64,000 nt of DNA from Candidatus Latescibacterota bacterium (lineage in GTDB: Bacteria > Latescibacterota > UBA2968). The stretch covers positions 4,192,001 through 4,256,000 of the forward strand of contig OZ242311.1 in the NCBI GenBank assembly GCA_965207885.1, in the 5' to 3' direction. A program made the translations under genes and the position numbers. The notes beneath the pieces were generated by a model that was not told the DNA's origin, did no database searches, and was given only the letters and a program-made list of their open reading frames with translations. This document shows positions 40,195-50,580 of this stretch, piece after piece. The first letter of the stretch is position 1, and each line of letters starts with the position of its first letter.

Positions 40195-41244
40195 ATGAGC
40201 ATTTCTGATCGGCCCATTTTAGGTATTGAAACATCCTGCGACGAAACTGCCGCTGCCGTGGTAGCTGATGGGCATATCTATTCCAACGCGATTTTTTCCC
40301 AAACAGAACACAGTCTCTACGGCGGCGTGGTACCCGAACTGGCATCTCGCAACCACATACGAACACTCCTGCCCGTCGTCGATCAAGCACTTTTAGAAGC
40401 CGACCTGAAACTGGGCGATTTAGGTGGTATCGCTGTGACACAGGGACCCGGCCTGGTCGGCTCCCTGCTGGTGGGCATTTCCGTGAGCAAAGGGCTTGCA
40501 CTGGGTTCGGGGCTACCCCTTGTGGGTGTGCATCACATTGAAGGCCATTTATTTGCAGGCAGTATGGCGCATCCCGACCTGGTGCCACCTTTTATGGCAC
40601 TGGTGGCTTCAGGAGGACACACGGAATTGATTTATGTCTGTGCGTGGGGCAATTACGAGCGCTGGGGACGCACGCGCGACGATGCCGCAGGTGAAGCATT
40701 TGATAAAGTGGCTAAAATACTGGGGCTATTGCGCGAAGGCGAGGTCACCATGGGCGGACCGCGCATTTCAATGCTTGCCGAAGAGGGAAACCCCAATGCG
40801 TTTGATTTTCCGCGTGCATTGATCAACGATCCGGGATTTGATTTTAGTTTTAGTGGGCTAAAAACCTCTGTACTCTATCGGATTCACGATTTCCCTGTGG
40901 AGGATATTAAAGCTATTCGAGCGAATATTGCGGCGAGTTTTCAGGCGGCTGTGGTCGATGTGCTCGTGGATAAGACACTCAAAGCGGCACGGGAAGTAGG
41001 TGCAGAACGAGTATTGCTTTCGGGTGGTGTAGCCGCCAATCGCGCGCTGCGGGCACAACTCGCCGACGGGGCGTCCAAACTCGGGATGGGTGTGTTTTAT
41101 CCGCCCACGCTCTTGTGCACGGACAATGCGGCGATGATTGCCGGCGCAGGTGCTTTTCGATTGGCGCGAGGTGAAGTTGCCGGAGGCAATTTGAATGCGG
41201 CCCCACGGTTGCCGCTGCCTGGACTGCGCGAGCGGCAGGTATAA
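40195..41244 (+). CDS. tsaD: tRNA t6A threonylcarbamoyltransferase
   Basis: LGIETSCDET, GGVVPE, HHIEGH, SGGHT, DDAAGEAFDK, CTDNAAMI. Confidence 0.96.
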   Translation: MSISDRPILGIETSCDETAAAVVADGHIYSNAIFSQTEHSLYGGVVPELASRNHIRTLLPVVDQALLEADLKLGDLGGIAVTQGPGLVGSLLVGISVSKGLALGSGLPLVGVHHIEGHLFAGSMAHPDLVPPFMALVASGGHTELIYVCAWGNYERWGRTRDDAAGEAFDKVAKILGLLREGEVTMGGPRISMLAEEGNPNAFDFPRALINDPGFDFSFSGLKTSVLYRIHDFPVEDIKAIRANIAASFQAAVVDVLVDKTLKAAREVGAERVLLSGGVAANRALRAQLADGASKLGMGVFYPPTLLCTDNAAMIAGAGAFRLARGEVAGGNLNAAPRLPLPGLRERQV

Positions 41245-41246
41245 CA

Positions 41247-43391
41247 ATGCTGCGCGATATTGGATTTTCCACCTCAGATGGGTGGCTGTTATTAATCGTT
41301 GGCTGCGCTGGAATTTATCTCGCTTTTCTAATGTATCGCTCGCGCCTTAAGGGCACACATCAATTGTTGTTGGGTGTGCGCGTCGCGGCACTTGTTTTGC
41401 TAATTGGCCTTTTGATGGAGCCGATTCTCGCATTGACATTGCATACGCAGCGTTTGCCCTTAGTCGCCCTGCTCATCGACGACAGCGAAAGCATGAAAAT
41501 AGCAGATGGGGATACCGCGCGTTTTGAAGTGGTAAAAGACTTGCTGGCCGGTCACTCGCTCAAAAATTTGCGCGATCGTGCGCGAGTGACGCAGTTTCGG
41601 TTTTCCGATGTTTTGACGCACATGCGCGAGGAAGAAGAACTTACATGGGCGGGGCGAGCGAGCGACCTGGCAGGTGCATTAGATGCGTTGCGCGAGCAAA
41701 CAATGGGTGAAGGGCTTGCCGCTGTGGTGCTCATTTCAGATGGCGGACAAAATTTGGGTGGGAGCCCAGAGCGGGCAGCGGTTGATCTGGGCGCGCCAGT
41801 GATCGCTGTGGGAACAGGTGACCCGGTCGCACCTAAAGATGTATCCATAGTATCGGCGGTTATCGATCCCCTGGGCTATGTGGGTAGGTCGCTGGTGATG
41901 CAAGTGCGCGTACTTTCTTCTGGATTTGAACGAGTGCGCGAGCGGGTGCGCGTACTCCTGGATGATCGGGAAGTGAGTGCCCAAACCATTGCGCTGGCCG
42001 ATGGTGAGCAGACCCTTGAATTTGAGATCCGACCCCAGGGACCCGGACGGCATGCATTTTCGGTACAAATTGCGGCACAAGCAGACGAGCGTACGGTGGG
42101 CAACAACCGCGTAGTGGTCTCGACAGATGTGCTCGAAAGCCGCGTGCGCATTTTAATACTCTCAGGCAGCCCAGGTGCCGATTTGGGTTATTTGCGACGC
42201 GTGCTACAAGAAGATGCCAATTTGGAAGTTGAGGTGCTGGTACGCACATTGATGGCCGGGTGGCAAAGAGATGTACATCGCGCACTGCGCACATTGGACG
42301 AGCGCGATATAGTCGCGTTGATCAACGCACCCTACGAAGTGCTTTCAGGTGTACCAGAGCAGGCAATTATCGCCTTTGTGCAAAAAGGCGGGGGGCTGTT
42401 GGCTCTGGGAGGTGATGCAGCATTTGATAACGGGTACGCGCACTCGGCATTGGCCGATGTTTTGCCCGTGCAGGTTTTGAGGTCGTCAGATACATTTCAA
42501 GAACGCGCTTTTGCCCTTTCGTTTCCCGATTCTCGCCACCCCATTTTGCGCGTATCAGACGATCCATTGAGCGACCGCGACGCCTGGGAAGTATTGCCGC
42601 CACTTCTATCTTATAATCGCGTGGGAGCTGCTGTTTCTAATGCAACTGTGTTGGCACATCATCCCACAGAGCGCGTTGATGGCAAACCGATGCCAGTGCT
42701 GGCAATTCGCCGCGTGGGCGCGGGAAAAACCGCGATTATGGCCTATCAAACATTTTGGCGTCACGGATTGATGATGTGGGGCGATGGCAAGACCGATGCC
42801 GTGGCACGCGCATTTTGGAAAAATATGGTGCGTTGGCTGGTCACGCGCGACGAGATGTCCCGCATAAAAACCATGACCGAAAAACCCGCGTATCGAAGCG
42901 GCGAAGCGGTCGCGGTGCATGCAAGCGTTTTTGACCACCTGTTGCAACCGCGTTCTGGCGCGCGAGTTCTGGTGCGAGTCGGCGATAGTTTGGGTGTGCG
43001 AGAAGTTGTTTTGCGCGATTTGGGCGGTGGGCGGTATGCTGGCAATTTGGGGCGTTTCGCACAAGGCGATTACGAGCTTCAGGTGCAGGCACGGGCCAAT
43101 GATGGTGACCTCGGCACGGGCACGGGTCGTTTTACTGTGGGAAGATACAGCCTGGAATACGAAACCGTGCGCCTGCGCGCCGAACTGCTCGGCGATATTG
43201 CCACGCGCAGCGGTGGGCAATATGTGAGACCTGGTGATCTGAAAGCCGCTCTCGATTCGCTTGTGCTGGCTCCAGAACCTGTTATCACCCTCCACCGGGT
43301 CAGGTTGTGGGGACATGAATGGCCGCTTTTTTTGCTGGTGGGATTGCTGGTATTAGAATGGACGATTCGACGAAGATTGGGGATGTTATAA
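41247..43391 (+). CDS. Membrane-anchored vWA / Ig-like / GATase-like domain protein
   Basis: N-terminal TM helices, MIDAS DDSESM, ISDG, KGGGLLALGG, C-terminal LEWTIRRR anchor. Confidence 0.7.
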   Translation: MLRDIGFSTSDGWLLLIVGCAGIYLAFLMYRSRLKGTHQLLLGVRVAALVLLIGLLMEPILALTLHTQRLPLVALLIDDSESMKIADGDTARFEVVKDLLAGHSLKNLRDRARVTQFRFSDVLTHMREEEELTWAGRASDLAGALDALREQTMGEGLAAVVLISDGGQNLGGSPERAAVDLGAPVIAVGTGDPVAPKDVSIVSAVIDPLGYVGRSLVMQVRVLSSGFERVRERVRVLLDDREVSAQTIALADGEQTLEFEIRPQGPGRHAFSVQIAAQADERTVGNNRVVVSTDVLESRVRILILSGSPGADLGYLRRVLQEDANLEVEVLVRTLMAGWQRDVHRALRTLDERDIVALINAPYEVLSGVPEQAIIAFVQKGGGLLALGGDAAFDNGYAHSALADVLPVQVLRSSDTFQERAFALSFPDSRHPILRVSDDPLSDRDAWEVLPPLLSYNRVGAAVSNATVLAHHPTERVDGKPMPVLAIRRVGAGKTAIMAYQTFWRHGLMMWGDGKTDAVARAFWKNMVRWLVTRDEMSRIKTMTEKPAYRSGEAVAVHASVFDHLLQPRSGARVLVRVGDSLGVREVVLRDLGGGRYAGNLGRFAQGDYELQVQARANDGDLGTGTGRFTVGRYSLEYETVRLRAELLGDIATRSGGQYVRPGDLKAALDSLVLAPEPVITLHRVRLWGHEWPLFLLVGLLVLEWTIRRRLGML

Positions 43392-44246
43392 ATGGATAGA
43401 ATACAGAATTTAAAAAACAAAATGTATTCAGTAATCAGTGCGCTGTTTTGTTGCACGATCTTGCTGACTATAAAGGTCTCTGCACAGGTGGTGATCAACG
43501 AGGTGATGGCGCGACCTACCGATGGGACAGAGTGGGTTGAACTGTACAACCGTTCGCCAGACGCGGTTCACCTATCGGGGTGGACGTTATCCGATTTGCG
43601 GACAACGGGACAATTTGAAACAGGTGCGGTCATCGATGGTGGAGGATATGTGATCGTCGCACAAGACGCAAATGCTATTGGCCTGCAATATCCTGGCCTC
43701 GATGTTCCCATCTTGTCGCTTACCCGCTGGCCCCGACTGAACAATGGGGGCGATGGTCTCATTTTGCGCGATGCGACGGCAACGCTTGTCGATAGCATCT
43801 TTTATCCAGCACAAGCGACTGCTATAAGTCTGGAACGCATTGATCTCACTGTAGTGGGAGATCAAAACAACTGGCTCGACAGCCAGGATCCGCAGGGTGC
43901 GACCCCTGGGACTGCAAATAGCGTTCGATTTAATGACGTAGCGGAGTTATCTGTGGTGGTTGAACCCAATCCCTTTGTCGATCAAGTCGCCATTACATAT
44001 CGGGTGCCCTCCCCCAGACTCCACGCAAATTTGTGGGTGTTTGATCGCACGGGCAGACGCGTGGCCTCCTTACTCAAAAGCATTGAAAGTGGCAGTCAGC
44101 GCGTTGTAAATTGGGATGGGAGCAACGATAATGGACAAGTTTTAAAACCCGGTATTTATGTTATCTACCTGGAAGTCAGCACACCGGAAGGCGAATTATT
44201 CCACACCCGAAAATCTGTGGTGCTGGCAAAAGGTATAAGCGAATAA
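43392..44246 (+). CDS. Secreted lamin-tail-domain protein with FlgD-Ig C-terminal domain
   Basis: VVINEVM...EWVELYN, LNNGGD, TPG..NS; PNPF...WDG....G..LKPGIY. Confidence 0.75.
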   Translation: MDRIQNLKNKMYSVISALFCCTILLTIKVSAQVVINEVMARPTDGTEWVELYNRSPDAVHLSGWTLSDLRTTGQFETGAVIDGGGYVIVAQDANAIGLQYPGLDVPILSLTRWPRLNNGGDGLILRDATATLVDSIFYPAQATAISLERIDLTVVGDQNNWLDSQDPQGATPGTANSVRFNDVAELSVVVEPNPFVDQVAITYRVPSPRLHANLWVFDRTGRRVASLLKSIESGSQRVVNWDGSNDNGQVLKPGIYVIYLEVSTPEGELFHTRKSVVLAKGISE

Positions 44247-44348
44247 AGTGTGGTGTTGGGTGGACTTTTTTCTTCTCACTTCTTATTTTTATTTGTCGAT
44301 GTCCCCACATCGGACCTATTCTCCCCTTTGATGCTGTGAGGAACAAAT

Positions 44349-46778
44349 ATGGAACAGTCATCGAAGGCATTACCTGAGACCTCAAAAGATCAGTCGAGAT
44401 TACCTTTTCAAATTTTGGGCATATGCTTGATTGCACTCGCGCTATTGATGGTTCTGAGCTTGCTATCGCACTCGCCTGAGGACCCCCCCAATTCGACGCG
44501 CCCCAACGAGTTGGCGCAAAATCTGGTTGGGTGGCTCGGCGCACACGTATCCTACCATTTGCTATTTAGCGTGGGCTATGGCGCTTACGCGCTGATCGTT
44601 GTGGCATTGGTATGGGGGTGGAACCGCCTCAGGATGTCGAGCGTCAGATCACTAGTGATGCACAGTATCATTCTGTTTTCACTAATGGTGATTTATTGTG
44701 GCACAACAGGCGTGCTCTTTTGGGAACGCCCCACAATGGCCTGGAAATTGGGAGGTGGGCTGGGATTTATGGTATCGTCTTCCCTGCTGGTGCCCTATTT
44801 GGGTACTGTTGGTTCTTATATTTCTTTGGCGACGCTATTTGTGGTACTATTGATGGTTGCCACCGATATTCCGTTTAACCGAATACCCGAGTGGACATTC
44901 TTAAAAAAACGTGCGGAGAAGTCTGACAAGAACGAGACATCGACCGAAGTGGCACGAGTTGAGGACTCCGATCAAGTCGAGGATATCGATCAAATTGAGG
45001 ACATTGATCAAAAAAAAAATACAACTGAAGAAGAGATTGCTGACGACCCCATTTTAGATGAATGGGAAAAGGACGAATTGGCCGAGATGCCCAGGCCCGT
45101 GATCGCCGATGACATGAAAGAAAAAGACATCGATGAACTATTAGAGAAGCACACAAAAAAGACAGTTGCTGATCCCATTCCAGATATGGCACGGGTTGAG
45201 CGAGAAGAAGACAAATTGCCTGAAGTGGAATTTGAGATAGCAGATGAAACGCCTGAGCCAGAACCAGAGCCTGTTCCTTCAAAAAAGAAAAAGAAAATCA
45301 AGCGCAAGCGATCTTCGACATATTTGCTGCCCGATTTGAAGTTGCTGGAGGATCCCCCTCCGGGTGATGGGATTATAGGCCGCGAAACCCTGTTTAAAGG
45401 GGCACAGGTATTGGAGCAAAGCCTGAGCAATTTTGGCGTTCAGGGCAAAGTGGTGCAGGTCAATCCCGGTCCTGTTATTACGACATATGAGGTTGCACCA
45501 CCCCCGGGCGTGAAAGTCAGCAAAATCGTCGGACTTGCAGACGATCTCGCCCTTGTGATGAAAGCGCAAAGCATTCGCATTCAGGCTCCCATTCCCGGAA
45601 AGGCTGCGGTCGGCGTTGAAGTGCCCAATCCAGAACCTTATACGGTCTTTTTAAAAGAAATTTTGGAATCGCGCGCATTCGAGCAGTCCGATTCAAAATT
45701 GATGCTCGGATTCGGCAAAACAGCTTCGGGTGACCCCTATTGTGCCGATCTGGCAAAAATGCCGCATTTGTTAATTGCCGGCGCAACAGGGTCCGGCAAG
45801 TCGGGATGTATTAATGCACTGATTTCCAGTATTTTGTTCCGCTGCACACCAGAGGAAGTGCGTTTTATTATGGTGGATCCCAAAATGCTGGAATTGTCAA
45901 TTTACAACGATATTCCACATCTCCTGGCACCTGTTGTCGTCGATCCCAAAATGGCATCGGATGCGCTCAAGTGGGCAGTATCAGAGATGGAGAACCGATA
46001 TCGCACAATGGCGCAGTTTACCGCGCGCAATATCACTGATTTTAATGCCAAAATGGTGCGGCTGCGACAGGAAGCACCCACCGAGGAAGACCGCGAAGAA
46101 ATTCCCGATGCCTTGCCCTATATTGTCGTGGTAATCGACGAATTGGCCGATTTGATGATGACTGCACCGAGCGATATAGAAAACTCACTGGCGCGATTGG
46201 CACAAATGGCCCGCGCTGTGGGCATCCATCTCATTATTGCAACCCAGCGTCCTTCAGTAAATGTGATTACGGGGACAATCAAAGCCAATTTTCCAACGCG
46301 CATTGCATTTCGCGTGGCATCCAAGGTCGATTCGCGCACGATTATTGACGCCAATGGCGTTGAAAAACTCCTGGGACGAGGAGATATGCTATTTTTGCCT
46401 CCAGGACAACCAGAACCCATTCGCCTTCACGGTGCGTGGATCGATACCGAAGAAACCGAACAATTAGTGGCCTGGGTGAGCGATCAGGATGTCGAACTCG
46501 ACAGAGTTGAATTTGAAGGCGAAAATAGCGATCTTTCTGTTGTAGATAATGAGCGCGATGCCAGGTTTGATGAGGCATTGCGATTGGTGGTTATCCACCA
46601 GCAGGGCTCGGCATCGCTCCTGCAGCGCCGGATGAAGGTCGGATACTCGCGGGCCGCACGCCTTGTTGATGAACTCGAAGCCGCCGGTATTGTTGGTCCG
46701 TCCAATGGATCGAGTAAGGGGCGCGAAGTCCTCGTTGACGAAGACTATTTAGAGGAACTCGAGGAGTTGGATGTATGA
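44349..46778 (+). CDS. ftsK: DNA translocase FtsK
   Basis: N-terminal TM domain, PHLLIAGATGSGKS, IDELADLM, ATQRPS, gamma domain LQRRMKVGYSRAARL. Confidence 0.96.
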   Translation: MEQSSKALPETSKDQSRLPFQILGICLIALALLMVLSLLSHSPEDPPNSTRPNELAQNLVGWLGAHVSYHLLFSVGYGAYALIVVALVWGWNRLRMSSVRSLVMHSIILFSLMVIYCGTTGVLFWERPTMAWKLGGGLGFMVSSSLLVPYLGTVGSYISLATLFVVLLMVATDIPFNRIPEWTFLKKRAEKSDKNETSTEVARVEDSDQVEDIDQIEDIDQKKNTTEEEIADDPILDEWEKDELAEMPRPVIADDMKEKDIDELLEKHTKKTVADPIPDMARVEREEDKLPEVEFEIADETPEPEPEPVPSKKKKKIKRKRSSTYLLPDLKLLEDPPPGDGIIGRETLFKGAQVLEQSLSNFGVQGKVVQVNPGPVITTYEVAPPPGVKVSKIVGLADDLALVMKAQSIRIQAPIPGKAAVGVEVPNPEPYTVFLKEILESRAFEQSDSKLMLGFGKTASGDPYCADLAKMPHLLIAGATGSGKSGCINALISSILFRCTPEEVRFIMVDPKMLELSIYNDIPHLLAPVVVDPKMASDALKWAVSEMENRYRTMAQFTARNITDFNAKMVRLRQEAPTEEDREEIPDALPYIVVVIDELADLMMTAPSDIENSLARLAQMARAVGIHLIIATQRPSVNVITGTIKANFPTRIAFRVASKVDSRTIIDANGVEKLLGRGDMLFLPPGQPEPIRLHGAWIDTEETEQLVAWVSDQDVELDRVEFEGENSDLSVVDNERDARFDEALRLVVIHQQGSASLLQRRMKVGYSRAARLVDELEAAGIVGPSNGSSKGREVLVDEDYLEELEELDV
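44961..45019 (+). repeat. Three imperfect 18-bp tandem repeats ending in an A10 run in the ftsK linker
   Basis: GAGGACTCCGATCAAGTC, GAGGATATCGATCAAATT, GAGGACATTGATCAAAAA; A10 at 45010-45019. Confidence 0.8.
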
Positions 46779-47455
46779 TGCGTAGAATGCACCACAGGCG
46801 TAGCCTGCAAGCCCTTCTCGCTATTCTCGGTATTTTATTTTTCACGGGAACTGTGCAGGCCGATACGCGCGGCTCAGAGGTAGTTGCGAAATTGCAAAAA
46901 AAATTTGCAGATCTCGAGACGCTTTCCGCTCACTTTGTCAAACAACACTATTGGCGCGTGATGGACCAGCATCAAGAAGTCAAAGGCAAGTTGCTGGTTC
47001 AGCGCCCCGATCAGTTTCGAATGGATTCGGATGTACAGGTAGTGGTGAGCGATGGCAAAACCGTGTGGCACTACGCGCCTGCCAATGCCCAGGTGCTGGT
47101 GAGCGATTACACCGCGATGGAAAATGATCGAAACTATGAAAAATTGTTATTTGATCTGATTTTTTGGGGTGGGTACGACGAAAATTATGTGCCCGTTTAT
47201 GTGGGAGAAGAAAAGATCCATCGCAAAACGTGTTACGCGGTCGATCTATTGGCAAAAAAAGAAGATACGTATATCCATAAAATTCGCCTATGGATAGACA
47301 AACGACTCTACCTGGTGCGGCAAGTGGAATATCGCAATATCCACGAAGATGTGACAACATTTGTGTTGTCGGACTTGAAGGTCAACAAAAAAGCCAGGCC
47401 CGATCAATTTACATTTCACATACCCAGCGGAGTGGAATTGATCGATTTGCGTTGA
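46775..47455 (+). CDS. lolA: Outer-membrane lipoprotein carrier LolA
   Basis: Signal peptide; GKLLVQRPDQFR, VVSDGKTVWHY, FTF.IP.GV; directly follows ftsK. Confidence 0.85.
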   Translation: MMRRMHHRRSLQALLAILGILFFTGTVQADTRGSEVVAKLQKKFADLETLSAHFVKQHYWRVMDQHQEVKGKLLVQRPDQFRMDSDVQVVVSDGKTVWHYAPANAQVLVSDYTAMENDRNYEKLLFDLIFWGGYDENYVPVYVGEEKIHRKTCYAVDLLAKKEDTYIHKIRLWIDKRLYLVRQVEYRNIHEDVTTFVLSDLKVNKKARPDQFTFHIPSGVELIDLR

Positions 47456-47477
47456 TTATAACCGAAAGGAACAAATA

Positions 47478-48594
47478 ATGGCTGTGGAAATTCAGGTGCG
47501 TGAACTACAAGACGCACTATCCGATTATAGCACGCGCGTAGATAAACTCGGGAGGTATCTTTGACCTCGATCAAAGACGAACAAAAATTGCCGAATTTGA
47601 AAAACTCATGGAAGCACCGAATTTCTGGAATGACCGCGAAAATGCACAGCGGATTATCGACGCTTGTAATGCGGAAAAATACTGGGTTGAAAGTTGGGAA
47701 AATTTAAATGAACAAGTGGGCGATTTGGATGTGCTTTTTCAATTGGCATGCGAAGAAGGCGATGCCGAATCTCTGTCTGAAGTCGCTGCTGAAGTACCCG
47801 GGGCTGGCGCAGCTTTAGACGCACTTGAATTGCAGCACATGTTGGGCGATCGAGAAGATCGCAACGACGCGATATTGACCATTCATCCGGGCGCTGGGGG
47901 TACCGAAGCAGCAGACTGGGCGCAAATGTTGATGCGTATGTACACGCGGTGGGCCGAGCGGCGTGGGTTTCAAACCACTGTCCTGGATACGCTTCCCGGC
48001 GAAACGGCCGGAATTAAGAGTGCGACAATTGAGGTGAAGGGCGATTATGCTTTTGGCTATCTCAAGTCCGAATCTGGTGTACACAGACTGGTGCGGATTT
48101 CTCCTTATGATTCCAACAATCGTCGCCACACATCATTTGCATCCGTTTTTGTCTATCCCGACGCCGAAGGCGATATCGAGGTGGAGATCAATCCCAATGA
48201 TCTGAAAGTAGATACCTATCGCGCTGGGGGTGCTGGCGGACAACACGTGAACAAAACCGATTCAGCGGTGCGTATTACCCACGAACCCACGGGGATTGTG
48301 GTGCAATGCCAGAACGAGCGTTCTCAGTACAAGAACCGCAATACGGCCATGAAAATTCTCAAAGCGCGATTGTATCAACACCTGCGGGAAGAAGAAGACA
48401 AAAAACGCGCCAAACTCGAAAGCACAAAAAAACGCATTGAATGGGGCAGTCAGATCCGCAATTACGTTTTTCAACCCTATCAGATGGTGAAAGACGCGCG
48501 AACGGGCTTTGAGACATCGAATGTTTCGGGGGTTATAGATGGCGATCTCGACCCATTTATCCGCGCATATTTACTGTCGTTGAGCACCGCGTGA
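47478..48594 (+). CDS. prfB: Peptide chain release factor 2 with programmed +1 frameshift
   Basis: ATG at 47478, internal SD GGGAGG then TAT CTT TGA C (47559-47565); downstream frame has SPY and GGQ. Confidence 0.96.
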
Positions 48595-48632
48595 ACTGAG
48601 TTTTTAGCAGTGCCCTCAGGCGGGCAATGCGC

Positions 48633-48661
48633 TTGACTTGAATATGCATATTGGTTATAGT
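48633..48661 (+). promoter_or_regulatory. Near-consensus sigma70 promoter with palindromic spacer
   Basis: TTGACT-17 nt-TATAGT; spacer contains the perfect palindrome AATATGCATATT (48641-48652). Confidence 0.65.
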
Positions 48662-48700
48662 TTAATGACCTTTACAACGTTTAATCTTATAGATATTAGA

Positions 48701-48727
48701 AGGGTTGGGAGGCTGCATTTTTGACTC
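48701..48727 (+). repeat. Direct repeat copy 1 (duplicate of the lysS RBS/start region)
   Basis: AGGGTTGGGAGGCTGCATTTTTGACTC matches 51655-51681 at 24/27 positions. Confidence 0.85.
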
Positions 48728-48803
48728 TGGGTGCCCCATTCCCTAGTTCTTAGACAGCCGATGTGTTGGATAACTAAATTTGTACATGCTAAGGAAAAGT
48801 AAT

Positions 48804-50348
48804 ATGCTGAAAAATTTGCGAATCCAAAATTTCAAGGTTTGGGAGGATACCGGTACTATTCGCTTGGCCCCTCTTACTCTTTTATTTGGTGCCAACAGTT
48901 CCGGCAAGTCCAGTATTGGTCAGTTCCTTCTGATGTTAAAGCAGACAGTTGAGTCACGAAGTCAAGATGTGTTTTATCTTGGTGATAGCAATCCAGCAGT
49001 TCAACTGGGATCTTACGAGGACATAATCTTTCAGCGAGACAGGCAAAAACAGATTAAATTTGAATATCAATGGTCGCCCCAATCACCCATAAGACTTATA
49101 AATCCTGATCCTTATCAGATTTTTTCCGGAGACGATCTGGCCTTTCAAGCAGAAGTTGGCTCCCATAGCCTAACTCGCCGCCCCCAGGTTAAACGGTTCA
49201 ATTATAAATTGATCGCTGCGAATAGCAAAACTCAGCTTTCATTTGGAATGAAGATCCGCTCTCAAACAAGGGGTTATTATGAGCTCGAATCTCCTAACCT
49301 CACTCTCAAGAAGATATCTGGGATGGCGAATCAATCATATAGTACACTACCTCAGAATTCACCTAATCATTTTTATGGCTTTCCTCGTCAGCTAATCACG
49401 GCCTATCAAAATCAGACGATTTTTCGAGAATTCAACGATACGCATGAAGAATTTTTCAGTAATCTTTTCTATCTCGGCCCAATACGCATTGAGGCCAAAA
49501 GATTATATGAAAATGCTGGAGGAATACCAGAAAGTGTGGGATATAAAGGCGAAGATACTATCGCAGCTATTCTAGCGGCCAAAGCTAAAGATAAGATATT
49601 TGAAGAGAGGGAAGACAGGTTTGAGAATAGAATCACTAATAGGCTCAAACAGATAGGGCTGATTGAGGATTTTAAAATTACAGAACTTTCTGATCGGGTG
49701 TGTGAAATTAAAGTGCAAACTAAAGGATCAAAGACTTGGGTGGAACTTCCTGATGTCGGATTCGGTGTCTCGCAAGTGCTTCCAGTGCTCGTGCAGTGTT
49801 TTTATGTACCAGAGAAATCAATCATTTTAATAGACCAGCCAGAGGTACATCTTCATCCCTATGCACAATCGGCTTTGGCTGATGTGATGATTGATATTAT
49901 AAAAAATAGGAATATCCAGTTGGTCATTGAGACCCATTCCGAGCATTTTCTTCGGCGATTGCAAAGACGAATTGCTGAAGACAAGTTGACTCAAGACGAC
50001 GTATCAGCCTACTTCTCTAATATTAACCTGGTGCCATTGGATGAAATAGACAAAATCTCGGAAGTGAAACGAAACTCACTTAAGGAAGCAGGTATTTTGT
50101 CTGCCAATGACCTCGTCATCACACCCTTAGAGACACTACTTGAAATAGATAAAATTGGCGAAATCATAGCGAAGGAATTGTATGAAATCGCGCAAGAAAA
50201 CCTCAAGGCAAAAGGGGGGGCTAAGCTAGAGCCTCTTAATATAGACAAATTCGGCAATATACTCAACTGGCCTGAAAACTTTTTTGGCGATGAGATGGAA
50301 GACATTTTTGCACAAGCCGAGGCAGAAATAAGAAGGCAGATGGAATAA
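48804..50348 (+). CDS. ABC-type ATPase (AAA_15/AAA_21, DUF3696-like C-terminus) with inserted tandem HhH domain
   Basis: IQNFK, Walker A GANSSGKS, signature-like VGFGVSQ, Walker B ILIDQPE.HLHP, H-loop ETHSEH, terminal GNI.NWPENFF. Confidence 0.85.
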   Translation: MLKNLRIQNFKVWEDTGTIRLAPLTLLFGANSSGKSSIGQFLLMLKQTVESRSQDVFYLGDSNPAVQLGSYEDIIFQRDRQKQIKFEYQWSPQSPIRLINPDPYQIFSGDDLAFQAEVGSHSLTRRPQVKRFNYKLIAANSKTQLSFGMKIRSQTRGYYELESPNLTLKKISGMANQSYSTLPQNSPNHFYGFPRQLITAYQNQTIFREFNDTHEEFFSNLFYLGPIRIEAKRLYENAGGIPESVGYKGEDTIAAILAAKAKDKIFEEREDRFENRITNRLKQIGLIEDFKITELSDRVCEIKVQTKGSKTWVELPDVGFGVSQVLPVLVQCFYVPEKSIILIDQPEVHLHPYAQSALADVMIDIIKNRNIQLVIETHSEHFLRRLQRRIAEDKLTQDDVSAYFSNINLVPLDEIDKISEVKRNSLKEAGILSANDLVITPLETLLEIDKIGEIIAKELYEIAQENLKAKGGAKLEPLNIDKFGNILNWPENFFGDEMEDIFAQAEAEIRRQME

Positions 50349-50580
50349 GCCTTTTCTCTCGACAAAATGGACCCGTATTGATTGACATCAATCTGAAAAC
50401 AGTAAAGATTTAAGTGCACCTCCGTCATTGTTCCTCAAATTAGTCAATCGTGGCCTATTGCGGACCATATGTGGCATTAAAAACGTCCAAGATACCTGAC
50501 ATCATAGGGTATTTACCCTAAAAAAATCTTGAGGATCTGCGGCCTGATCTTACAATGACCATGCTACAGGAGCGATACAA

